A DNA stretch of 63,865 nt, filler included, from Reclinomonas americana ATCC 50394 (lineage: Eukaryota): the NCBI GenBank assembly GCA_048213135.1. It is 16 parts of 16 records of this genome, joined end to end, with 100 filler letters (N's around TTAATTAATTAA, not from the genome) between each part and the next. Parts side by side here need not be neighbours in the genome. Positions count along the whole stretch, not along the records: positions 52,458 to 56,013 come from AFZH01017489.1; positions 56,114 to 58,586 come from AFZH01017490.1; positions 58,687 to 61,927 come from AFZH01017491.1; positions 62,028 to 63,865 come from AFZH01017492.1; 12 more parts are not named here. The stretch is one strand, 5' to 3'. The notes under the pieces were generated by a model that was given only the letters and a program-made list of their open reading frames with translations, searched no databases and was not told the origin of the DNA. Shown piece after piece: positions 52,760 through 63,865 of this stretch (positions are counted from its first letter, which is position 1; every line of letters starts with the position of its first letter). The translations under genes and the position numbers were made by a program.

Positions 52760-53708
52760 ATGGCCGCGGAAATGTGCGAGTCTTGTCTCCCACAGTTGCG
52801 GGTGACTGAGTTGCCGACTTCGGACTCCATCCCTCTCACACCCCCCCGTCTGCAGAGGGAACACACACTGCGGGAGGAGGACATCTCAACCATGGCCAGC
52901 TCCATGCTCAGAGCAACACCAAGTTCTCCTTCACTGAGGCGAGTCGATGTGTCGAGCACGGGAACTCCCACTGGCAGTCTCTCGCCATCACCTGCAGGGT
53001 GCGTCGTCACATCCCCTCTCTCATGTCGCAACAACTCGCATGCATATGCTCACCACAACAAAAAACCGCCAATCAGTCGCATGTTTGCTCCATCGCCCTT
53101 GTTTGGCGGCAGCGCGTCGCCCACCGACTGGTCTACCATGAGTGGCACACCGGGAGGAGTGGTGGCGGCCGCCAACTCGCCCACCTACCGCCGCTCGTCG
53201 GACGCCGTGGGAGCCGGACACAGCCTGGCCGAGGTCTACAACAGCGACGTGGACGGTCGCTCCAAGTCGCCGTACGGTCGCCGGCGCCTGGTGGGTTTCG
53301 ACTCGGTGTCGGCCGAGGCCGATCGCAAGAAGGCGCTCGAATTGCGTCAGCAGCACCAGAATTTCATGGCCATGATGCGCGACGTGCAGGCGCGCATTTC
53401 CGTGTCGCCCGTGAGGCGGCCAGTGGCGGATAACAAGGTATGGATAGGGGAGGAAAGGAGGGAGAGGGAGGGGAGGCGTCATCTCACGCAAGCGGTGCAG
53501 GGAACCGGACGAGGTCCGAGCACGCCACAGACTCCGGGAATGACGACGATTGCGGGGGCACACACAACACCCACCAGCATGTCTCGGCCGGGGAATCGGC
53601 CAGCGCCGATTCGAGTGGGGACTGGTGAGGGAAAAGAAAGGAGAAGGATGTGGGAGACATATGGAGAGGGAAGGGGGAAGAGCAGCAGAAATTGGGGGAA
53701 TATAGAGG

Positions 53709-53755
<47 letters not shown>

Positions 53756-54341
53756 GAGAGAGAGACGGAGAGGAGACAAACAAGAGACAAGGGAGGAGGG
53801 GAGCAGTGAGAAATGACAAGGGAGGGGCGGGAGACAAGGATAAGAAGGGAACAGAAGGGAAGCGATTAGAAATCTGAACAAGGTGAAGGGGACCGGGGAG
53901 GTGCGAGAGACAAGGAGACATGAGAAGCGTAAGGCATGGAGAAGGTGAGATAGGAAAGGCGACAAAGAGAGAAAGGGAGCGGTGGGGACAAGGAGAAGGG
54001 GAGCAGGAGAGAAGGAGGAGACCTGACAAAGAGACAAGGGAGTAACGGGGGAGGTGAGGAGAGACAAAATTGGGCGTAAGGTAGGAGGAGAGATAGAACT
54101 GAGAGACAAGGAGAAGAGAGCAGCGAGAAGACGGAGAGAGGTCAATAACAATAGATTCGCACTGAAGAGCAATTAAGTAGAACGAAAGTAGAGCAAGAGA
54201 GGGGGTGAGAGCAATGCTCTTGTCATTCCGATCCACCATGCACGTCTATTCACTATAATTATGGCTCCTGCCACTCTCCTCACATTCACTCACTCACTCT
54301 TCCTCCCTCCGCCGCGCACAGGTACCTTGACGTTCAACTGA
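52760..54341 (+). CDS. Ser/Pro-rich hypothetical protein, about 3 exons
   Basis: Long ORF to 53437, exon 53501-53624 and terminal exon 54322-54341 join in frame; no recognisable domain; start uncertain. Confidence 0.55.
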
Positions 54342-54519
54342 CGCTGAATCGCCTGGCTGTCGGTGTTGGACACCGGCATGCGCGCGCCTCCTTCTCTCTC
54401 TCTCCCTCCCTCCCTCATCATGTCTCCTCTCTGAGCTCTCGGTGCACTCTTGTGCCACGCGTACCATCCTCACAAACAACACAGAAATTAAACAACACAA
54501 AATCGTTACTACACACGGC

Positions 54520-55868
54520 TCATGGGAAAATCTGCGTGGTGGTGCGAGCGCGGCGATCATAGCGGTCCACTCGTGAGAAGAATTCGGGTGGAATGACGCC
54601 GTCGATGCCCTGCGGAAGGAGGGGAAGGGGAAGGGGAAGGGGGGAGGTGAGGGGAGAAGGGGAACAGGGGGGAAAGGGAGGGAGAGGGAGAGGGGGAGAG
54701 AGAGTGTGTGAGAGAGAGAAGGAGACGGGCAGGAGAACGAAGCATAGCGAGAAACGGAGAACGAAACACAGTTAGAGACGGGGAGGAAAGAAGAACATCG
54801 ATAAGAGAGAGAGAGAGCGCGCGCGAAGAGCAAAGTGCGGAAGGAGGAGGAATCAAGCGCAGTGACAGAGGGGGAGAGGAGTGAAGTGCAGCGAGTTAGA
54901 ATGAGAGAGGAACGAAGCACGACGAGAGAGAGGGAGGAAGAGAGTGCGGAACTGATGGAGAGAAAGAAAGCGCAAGAGAGAAACAGAGAACGAAACACAG
55001 TTAGAGACGGGGAGGATCGAAGAACATCGATTAGAGAGAGAGCGTGAGGAGAAAAGTGCGGAAAGAGGGGAAGGGGAAGGGAGGAGATGATGGGGGAGGG
55101 GAAGGGAGAAGAGGGGAGGTTGAGAGAGCGAGAGACCGGGAGAGGAATCAAGCGCAGCGAGAGAGGGGGAGAGGAGCGAAGTGCAGCGAGTTAGACTGAG
55201 AGAGGAACGAAGCACGACGAGAGAGAGAGAGAGAGGAAGAGAGTGCGGAACTGATGGAGAGAGAAAGAAAGCGCAAGAGAGAAACGAAAGGGTACGCAGT
55301 GTGAGAAAGAGTGACGCACAAGGAGACAGATGAGGGAGAGAAGGCAGCGCAGAGCGCAAGCCAGGCAGCGGAACCCACTGAGAGAGAGAGAGAGAGACCG
55401 CCAATCTCACCTCACTCAAAATCACATTGTTGGCGCTGCGCAGGAACACAATGCCGGCCTCCATGGCGCGCGCCACATCCACGTGAATGATAATGCTGCA
55501 GCTCGCGCGCATGCCGGAGATCACGCCGTCCTCGCCGGGCAGGCCAGCGGCCATGTGAATGTGCTGGCGGCGCATGCGGTTGAGTCCTTCGCGACGGATA
55601 ACGTCCCACGCCTCCTCGTTGGTGCCGTGGATGCTGACGGGGACGGTGGCGGGGTCGGTGATGAGCTCCATTTCCACCTGCGGGTAAATAGGGAGAAGGG
55701 AGGGGGTGAGAGCGAGAAGGAGGAGGACAAAGGGAAAGGAGGCCGAGGGAGAAGGAGGTCAATGGAGAAGGAGGCCAAAGGAGAAGGAGGCCAAGGAGAA
55801 GGAGAAGGAAGACAAAGGAGAAAGAGGTCAATGGAGAAAGAGGCCAAAGGAGAATAAGATGATTGAGT

Positions 55869-55919
<51 letters not shown>

Positions 55920-57178
55920 AGTAATACTCTACGAAGAAGGAGAGAGAGATACACACACGACGAACGAAAAGAACGGTACGGTAAGGAAGGAAGGAAGGAA
56001 GGAAGGAAGGAGGNNNNNNNNNNNNNNNNNNNNNNNNNNNNNNNNNNNNNNNNNNNNTTAATTAATTAANNNNNNNNNNNNNNNNNNNNNNNNNNNNNNN
56101 NNNNNNNNNNNNNGTTGTAGTACGTTCATCTAACTAATTTTCCCGTCCTTTTGTTCTCACTCCTCGCTCGTACCGTACCATCCGCCTTCGGTCCGGTACC
56201 AGCAGGGAAGTAATACTCTACAAGGAGAGAATGGAGATACAACATCGCAAAGAAAGCGTAGAGAGAGAGAGAGAGAGAGTGACGATATGCAGGCCGACGA
56301 AGCAACTTGTAGTGATTGTGACTTGCGTTGCAAAAACGAATGATGAGAGAGACAGTGAGAGCACAACGAGGAGAGGGAGGCAGAACTGACAGTGAAGTGA
56401 GGAAGTAAGGACAGCAAAGAGCGAGTTGCGGAAGGAGAGGGGTGAAGGGGAGGACAAGATGATGAGAATAAGAACAGGAGAGGCATTAATTTGCAGAACA
56501 GAAAGGAGAATAGGGCCGTTCGCAATGCCTTGTTTTCTCTCTCCCTCTCTCCCTCCTTCCCCCCCTCCTCTCTCTCTCCACAAACCTCCACATCCCTCAT
56601 CGAGTGGCCCTGGTTGGCACGAATGTACATATCGCCGTCAAACTCGCGCACCGCAAAGCGCTGCTTCTTGCACATCTGTGCCATTCTCAGCACGTCCTCG
56701 ACGGACCTGAGAGGAGAGAGAAAGTGAATCAATAAGAACGGAGGAGTGAGAGAAGCAGACGAGAAAGACGGAGAGAGATGAACAAAAGAGGCGACGAAGG
56801 AGGAGAAGAAGGTGGAGGGAGAATGAAAGAGGGAAAAATGAAGGGGAGTGACGATGACAAGACGAAGACGGGGGAGGCGGAGAAGAAGGAGAGAGAGAAA
56901 AGCGAATGGCGCAGAGTGAGCAGACAACGCACTTTGTTGGGCACCGCCGAATGCGCATAATCTCATCGATACGCACAAACCCATCCGGTCGCATATCAAG
57001 GCCCTCCTCATGCGCTCCATGCCTACAACAACAGATATCAGCAAGATACCTGGGAGCCACAAATAGACGATTTCGCGTGCACTCACCGAAGCACATATGA
57101 GAAGAACTTGCTCAGACGCGTGTTGTAGTCGTCGTCGCCACCCCGTCCTCCTCTCGGTCTTCCAGCAGCAGCAGCCAT
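54520..57178 (-). CDS. TPT1: tRNA 2'-phosphotransferase (Tpt1/KptA), 5 exons, spanning a gap
   Basis: LSKFFSYVLRHGA, DGFV, KQRF, IRANQGHS, HGT, GLNRMRRQHIH, ISGMR, SANNVILSEGIDGVIPPEFF. Confidence 0.95.
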
Positions 57179-57737
57179 AAATAGACGACTGTATGCAAGG
57201 AAAAACACGACGGACAAGAACATGAGTGAAAAAGGGAGAAGAGAAGGGGAGGGAGACAGGGGAAGGAAGAGGGGGCCAAGGGCAGAGGAAGAATGGGGAA
57301 AGAGAAGGAACGAATGGGGATGAGAAGAGTGAGTGAGTGGGAGAGTGAGTAAGGGAGTGAGAGAGAGATAGGGAGACAGGGAGGGGAAAGACAAGAAAGT
57401 AGGAGAGGAAGGAGAAGAAGAAATGAGATCAGAAAAGGGCGATGACAGAGAGGAGAGAGACAGAGAGAGAATGAGAGAAACAGTGAGAGTTTTCAGAGAC
57501 GCGCAACGATGTGATCGATCGCGCGCAGCAAATGACTGACAAAGACGACACAAGCAGCAACATGTGAGATTGAGAGGGAGGGACTCACTCACGTAGAAGA
57601 GAAGCAACAATCAAAGACGGGCTTCTGTTGTTTTTCGCGCGCAAAAAAGATTGAAGGGACAGTTTGATGCCAGCGAGCCTCGATTGTCACGCCTCGACCG
57701 CCTCGAGAGAACCTGAGAGAGTTTTCTTCGTTGTGTG

Positions 57738-58007
57738 ATGGATCTTCCTAGTCTTGTGGACCCAGTCGTTGCGTTTTAGAGAGAGGGTGTGTGTGTGTGT
57801 GTGTAAGTGTGTGTGCAAGTGTATGTTTTTGTTTGATTTTGTGATTGTTGTGTCATTCTCTCACTTGATACACTGGTGCTGTTGGTGTGCAGGCTGATGG
57901 GCACCAGTTGCGTACTCTCACACACACAGAGAGAAATTGAGAGAGAAAGTGAGAGGAACAAAGAGTAAGAGAAGGACAGACTGAGCCAGAGGAAGTGAGT
58001 GTGTTTA

Positions 58008-58040
<33 letters not shown>

Positions 58041-58888
58041 TGTGTGTGTGTGTGTTTAGTGTATGTGTGCGTGTGTGAGAGAGAGAGAATGACAACGCGC
58101 TTGCCATTTGTGATACGTCATCTAATATTTTCCCGCTTTTGCTCACTCTTTCGTTGATTAGCTACATGGTGCTTCCGGGATTGCTGAAGCTGGGTGAGAG
58201 TTATGCGCAGCATGGTCAAGTCATTGGTGAGTCGAATGGTCTTTAGTAGTGATATTAGAAATAGACGAGTGGGAGAGAAAAGGTATTGGGGCCTGACAAG
58301 TGCAGAGAAGAGTGAGGGCTTGTTTCGAGCGACGAGAGGAGGAGGGAAAGCAACACACCCACCAACGCACTCTTCTGTCGCCTTTTTCTTTTCGCTCCCA
58401 CTGCGTGTGTGTGCGTGTCATGCAAAGTGGAGTTGTCTTGGCGCGCAATCACCCACTACAAGGGAACCGATTGGAGGAAACAGTGATGTGTGGAAGCGTA
58501 GAGATGAGGGCTTGGTTGAGCCAAGAATGGAGGAGAGTGCAGTCCGTTTTCTTCTCGTTCCCCCGCTCTCTCTCTCTCTCTCTCTCNNNNNNNNNNNNNN
58601 NNNNNNNNNNNNNNNNNNNNNNNNNNNNNNTTAATTAATTAANNNNNNNNNNNNNNNNNNNNNNNNNNNNNNNNNNNNNNNNNNNNCTCTCTCTCTCTCC
58701 GTTGAACGTGCCGCTTATTTCCCTGTGCGACAGATGGTGTTTGAGAGAGGGATTGGAGAGACCCTCCAATTGTAGAGTCTGACCGTCACTCTCCTCCTAT
58801 CCGCACAGCCCTCGGCGACCTGCAGCGCCACTCGGAGACCGTGGTGCACGACGACGTGGAGAAATTCTTGAAATGGTTGGGCATGTGA
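57738..58888 (+). CDS. Small micro-exon gene (about 50 aa or more), unknown function; exons 57738-57767, 57893-57906, 58162-58193, 58809-58888
   Basis: Joins to MDLPSLVDPVADGHHYMVLPGLLKLALGDLQRHSETVVHDDVEKFLKWLGM using two GTTGCGT donors; a gap lies in intron 3. Confidence 0.45.
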
Positions 58889-59694
58889 GGGAGCCGCGAG
58901 CTGAGAATGGCATTGTTTGTTGCCAGCACAAACTCTTGAGTGTTCCCACTCTGTTTGTTTTGATGTTTGTGTTGCCTGCTGATCCTGCTCTGCGTTTGTA
59001 CGGTGAATGAAGGGTGTTGTACGAGTGTTGACGTGCTGCTTGCCGCAAATACCGAGTCTTGTGTCCTCTCCTTATTGGAGTGGCGGACTGCTTCTGTTTG
59101 CGCTGACCATGACGTCCGAGCTCGTGCAGACACCGCGCAGGCAGTGTGCTTGTCCAGTTCACACCCGTGAGGTGCGCTCCTCACCTTGTGTCCTCGAGAG
59201 CTCGTGCAGACGCTTCGACTTCGTTCGTCCCTATTCTTAGGTAACATGCGCCGGCGCCTTGTCTTCGCCTTTTGGTGAACATGGTGCGTGGTGGGTGCTC
59301 GTTGTGCTTGCAGTTTTTGCTGACCATGACGCTTGAGCTCGTGCAGACACGTGCCTGACGGCATTGGACTTCCTCAGTATCGCTCGTATTGTCGTCACCT
59401 CGACTTGCAATTGCTTGCGGATTTCACTATCCCGCTGCCGAGGGGTTTCAGGTTGCAATGTTGATCACGCAGGTGTGTCGTTGCTTGACGTGAGTTTGTT
59501 TCAAGCCGCAGCGGCTCTGTATTGTCTCCACAGAATTATTGTCCGCCTCGGTGAGCGCTCACTCTTTCCCTTCTCTCCTGCACCCAAGACGTGCAGAGAG
59601 GCTTGCACGTTCTGCGGCTTGCACTGGTGTATTGTTGCTCAAGCTAACCTGCACACAGCTTTCCTCCGGTTTTCTCACCCCTCACTCTTCACCA

Positions 59695-61626
59695 ATGGCT
59701 GGTCATGCTGCTGTGCATGCTGCCGATGAGCTCCCGATTCCCGACTTCAACGAGAAGCTCTTTGGTGCGTGTCCGCCCATTCGCGCTTTCCCTCTCCTCC
59801 CCTGCTCTCTCACACACACGTTGGCGATCATCCCAGATATCGCAAAAGATAAGGAAGTGTGCACGCTGGTGAGTGAAATGGGGAAGAGAGAGACGCAGCA
59901 GCACGCAGCTACTTGAGAGCAAACAGTGAGAGAGTGAGTAATGATTGGGAAGAGAGGAAGAGGGAGAGGGGAGGGCGATGCAACAAAGAAACCGAACAGT
60001 TAGGCATCTAGATTCCAGCTAGCTGTTTCTTTTCTCATGACTCATTTCTTCTTGCGCTGCTCGTGAAGGGGAAGGGAGGAGAAGAGAGAGAGAGAGAGGA
60101 GACGTGCATGTCACAGAAAGAAAGTACGGGAAGGAGAATGGAAGGCAGGAGAGAGGAAAGGAGAGGAGTAGAGGGGAAGAGTGGGCATATGGCACAGAAA
60201 GAAAGTGCGAGAGAAAAAGGAAATAGTACACAGGTGACTCACTCATGATTCTCCGCTGACCGTAATCGCAGGGCGCTCTCTGTCCGTGCGCACTGATGGG
60301 CGTCAACAAGGCTGCGCTTGATGGCGAGGATACATCCACTGGATCCTGGAACTATATCGTTGCGTCTTGGTGCAGACCATGCATTGACAGCGGATTCGTT
60401 CGCTTGCGTTTTTTCTCAAATATCGCGTGCATCCAGTACATGGCTGTGGCTGCCGGCTCGTTGTGCTGCTGTGGTGAGAACGAGTCTCAATTGTCGTGTG
60501 TTGCTTTGCTGTGTTGTAGGTGCGCGGAATGCTGAGGTATTTCTTGCAATTGCATGGTTGTAGTTGTCGGCGAGTTCATGAATCGCCGCCAGTTGCGCCA
60601 GATGCTCAATTACCCGCAGGTTCGTGTATGCGCGCAAAGGAGAGCTGTTAGACGAATGATCCCACTCCCTGTTTTGAAGAGACAAAAAGAGGGAAGGGGC
60701 ATTTTCCAGCGTGCGCGACTTTAGAGCGCACAATGTTGGATGAGTTGTCCCTCTTCCTGGGTTATTCTCTCTCTCTCTCTCTCTCTCTCTCTTGTCTCTT
60801 GTCTCTTGTCTTTGACAAAGTGGGGTTGGCGTCGATACGCGTATACGCCAGCAGAGACAGCTGCAGCGTGCATGAGTTTAGAGTGCCATTCGCAACCATA
60901 TTGCGGACACCACCGAGTTAGACTGACTCTCTCCCTGGGTTGCCCTCTAGCTGCCCCTCTACGCGATGAGTTGACCAGAGTGGGGAAGGGATCAGTGATT
61001 CAACGGATGAGCCTCTCGCAACCATGTTGCTGGCACTCGTAGTTCTCCCTCACCCTCACGCACGTACTCTCTCTCCTTTTCTATCTCTCGTGTAGTGCAC
61101 GCTTCCCGTTCCAATTCGTGCTTCCCCCCTCAGAAGCCGTTCCTGGATTGTGCGCTCTCCACCTTCTGCACGTACTCTCTCTCTCCTTTTCTGTCTCTTG
61201 TGCAGTGCACGCTTCCCATTCCAATTCGTGCTTCCCCACACAGAAGCCGTTCCTGGATTGTGCGCTCTCCACCTTCTGCACGTGCTGCTCCGCGTGCCGT
61301 TGCGATCTCTGCGCGCCTTCTTCCAAACACTCTTTTCCCATGCCCACGCTCCTCTCTCTCCCTTCACACATGCAGAGGTCTCGCGTGAGATTTCTCGGTT
61401 CGACGTGACCAATCTCGCTGCCACTCGCAAGGCGCGTCGCATCGCCCGCTATCGTGCGCTGGGAGAGGCCACCGCCAACCAAATGGATCCACCGGCCGGC
61501 GCCGTTCTGGCCTCGCCTGTTGTCGCCTACAACGCCCCCGGCCACATGCAGATGCAACAGCCGTCCGGTGTCGGTGCCGCCTACGCCCCCGGCCCGGCCA
61601 TTCCCCAGTCATACGGTCCACGTTGA
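59695..61626 (+). CDS. PLAC8 (Cys-rich, DUF614) family protein
   Basis: Spliced FNEKLFDIAKDKEVCTLGALCPCALMGVNKAALDG...SLCCC...NRRQLRQML...EVSREI matches the PLAC8 pattern. Confidence 0.72.
61060..61283 (+). repeat. Two ~110-bp tandem copies in a PLAC8 intron
   Basis: GCACGTACTCTCTC...CAGAAGCCGTTCCTGGATTGTGCGCTCTCCACCTTCT repeated twice. Confidence 0.9.
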
Positions 61627-62540
61627 GGAGGCGAGTGGTGAAGTACACAGCCCACATGTACAAGGCGAACAGAATTATTGGAGAGGGATCTGATTTTTGT
61701 GCCACTGCCGGCAAGACTAGGTTTATGTTGATGCTTTTTGGATACACTTGTAAGTCGATGTCCTTGTGAATTGCATGCAAGTGCGTCAAATCCACACAGT
61801 TCAACCACACTTAGATCGCACCGCTCGACTTGTTCGAAGCTGCGAACACACACAAGAAAACCTGCTGCTGCCTCAAGACAGACGGTTCGTGACTCCGACC
61901 AGCTTCCGTGTGGGCCCGGGTGTGGTGNNNNNNNNNNNNNNNNNNNNNNNNNNNNNNNNNNNNNNNNNNNNTTAATTAATTAANNNNNNNNNNNNNNNNN
62001 NNNNNNNNNNNNNNNNNNNNNNNNNNNTGGATATGGTTGGACTTGGTCATCGCTTGAATTGTTGTCGTATAGGTCCGATTTTTGTGCCACTGCCGGCAAG
62101 GTTGGGGTTTATACTGATGTTTTGGATACACTTGTTCGTCGATGCTCTTGTATGTGCGTTGCTGATGAGATGCATTGGACGTCGCAGGTCCTACTAAAGT
62201 CCCACTTCCTTCTTTCGCGCGCACACATCCCCAACAACAACAACAACGACAGCGCAAGTGAGTTCCTCGCGAAGAACACCGATGACTCTCATATCTCTGT
62301 CTCTTCTTTCACAGAGCACACATTTCCCGCGCAGTGAGAGAGACAACACACTCAGAACAAAAGGGAATCTCCACTCAACAACGACGCCACAGGCACGAGA
62401 AGAGCGCATCGCACACACAGAGAGAGTGCAGAGAAAGAGAGGCACGCGCGTGTGAGGGAAAGAGAGAGGGAAAGAGATGCTCAGACATGTCTCTCTTTCT
62501 TATCTGTGTTTTCCGCTCTGCGTTTTTTTGTTGTGTAGTC

Positions 62541-62657
62541 ATGTCGGACTCGACGGATCCAATGACTCTCACGCGCTTCATCATGACGGAAGTGCGCGAC
62601 CCGAAAGATCGCAATGATTTGGCTGTGCTCATGGCCGCTCTGCAGACCGCCTGCAAG
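62541..62657 (+). CDS. FBP1: Fructose-1,6-bisphosphatase class I, first exon
   Basis: MSDSTDPMTLTRFIMTE...DLAVLMAALQTACK followed by a GTGTGT donor; TLTRF and ACK are FBPase N-terminal signatures. Confidence 0.85.
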
Positions 62658-62790
62658 GTGTGTGTGTGTGTGATGGGAGAGGGATAGAGAGGGGAGAGAG
62701 GGTATCAGGGGAGAGGGAGAGGGAGATGCGGAGAAGAATGAGGTGCATCTTTTTCTTGTGATTGGTGTTCGAGATCTGTCCCATTCGCCA

Positions 62791-62819
<29 letters not shown>

Positions 62820-62824
<5 letters not shown>

Positions 62825-63220
62825 GCCCACTGTGTAGTCTATGCCGTTTCTCGAACACATGCGGAGAAGAGCAGGAGAAGGGAGGGTGGGAAGGACGCAG
62901 TTGTCTCGCTGACGTGTTCTATGTCTCTTCTCTCTGTCCTCTCTCTCTCTTTCTCTCTCTCTGCCTCACAAACGCACACCTCACCTGCTGTGTAGCCTTT
63001 GTTGTTTCTCGAATGCGTGTTTGATGGGATGAAGAATGAGCAGCAGGCGGATGGAGACGGCGTGCTTGTCCTCGCTGTATCTTTCTCTCGGACCCTTACG
63101 TTCACGTGGCCACTGTGCTTTGTTGTATCGTATCATGTGGTGAAGTGCAGGAGAAGGGAGGGAGGAAGGACACAGCTGTCTCACTGGCGTGTTCTATGTC
63201 TCTGCTGTTGTTGCTTTCCG

Positions 63221-63266
<46 letters not shown>

Positions 63267-63610
63267 TCTGCCTCGCACACACGCATACCTCGCCCACCGT
63301 GTAGCCTTTGTTGTTTCTCGAACACAGCTGGAGAAGCGAGGGCTGGAAGGACACAGCTGTCTCACTGTCGTGTTCAATGTCGTGCAGCTCTGCTGTTGTT
63401 GCTTTCCGCCTCTGTCTTTCTCTCTTCCACGCCTCGCCCACTGTATAGTCGTCGCTATTTCTCGAGTGCCTGCAGAGAAGAGGGCAGGAAGGCAGCAGTT
63501 GTCTCACCGCTGCGCTCTTGTTGCATTCCTCTCGTGCACGCACCGCCCTACATTGCTCTCGTGTCCCTTGCTTGAGAGGAAAGACTCCACAGCTCGCCTA
63601 TCTCACTGTG
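62820..63610 (+). repeat. Degenerate tandem repeat in FBPase intron 1
   Basis: Recurring CGCCCACTGTGTAG...TTTCTCGAA...GGAGAAG...GGAAGGACACAGCTGTCTCACTG units, about 4-5 copies. Confidence 0.7.
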
Positions 63611-63752
63611 CTGCTCTCCGTGCGTCACATATATCGCGCAGGCGACGTAAACGAGATAGAATGCAAGAACCAAACAGAACACAGTAAGACAGCTGACCTT
63701 GCGTGCCTTTGAATCCCATCCCTGTGCTTCGTCTCCAACGTCTCTCTCCTGC

Positions 63753-63814
<62 letters not shown>

Positions 63815-63865
63815 GTACGTACGTACGTACGTACGTACGTACGTACGACGTACGCGACGCGCGCG

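Overview
This is eukaryotic (protist-like), gene-dense, intron-rich genomic DNA, made of 16 contigs joined by artificial 100-nt linkers (N44-TTAATTAATTAA-N44). AlaRS and TPT1 read correctly across linkers, so the contig order looks real. I rebuilt spliced genes by hand. They include a receiver-domain C-terminus, an ankyrin/TM protein, MGM101, a large beta-helix/Cys-rich/multi-TM surface protein and an organellar-type alanyl-tRNA synthetase. Further along are an EF-hand/WD40 protein with an embedded degenerate kinase, an ENTH protein, a TPR-SGNH protein, a low-complexity dsRBD-like protein, an Alb1-like protein, TPT1, a PLAC8-family protein and the first exon of FBPase. Two things stand out. 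(1) About 30 frame-checked introns use a 5' splice site with one extra base, GTT(G/A/T)(C/A)GT and mostly GTTGCGT, almost always when the exon does not end in G. Shifted-register donors are a rarity in humans but appear to be a major class here. (2) At 40.6-50.0 kb there is a tandem array of intronless 7-bladed WD40 genes with hypervariable surface positions, blade-by-blade mosaicism and a conserved helical tail. One slot of the array holds a Crinkler-type NTPase-REase gene with a mitochondrial-presequence-like leader. A small TIR element and a dispersed ~150-bp repeat are also present. All exon structures are manual inferences without RNA data, and the organism cannot be named from this window.
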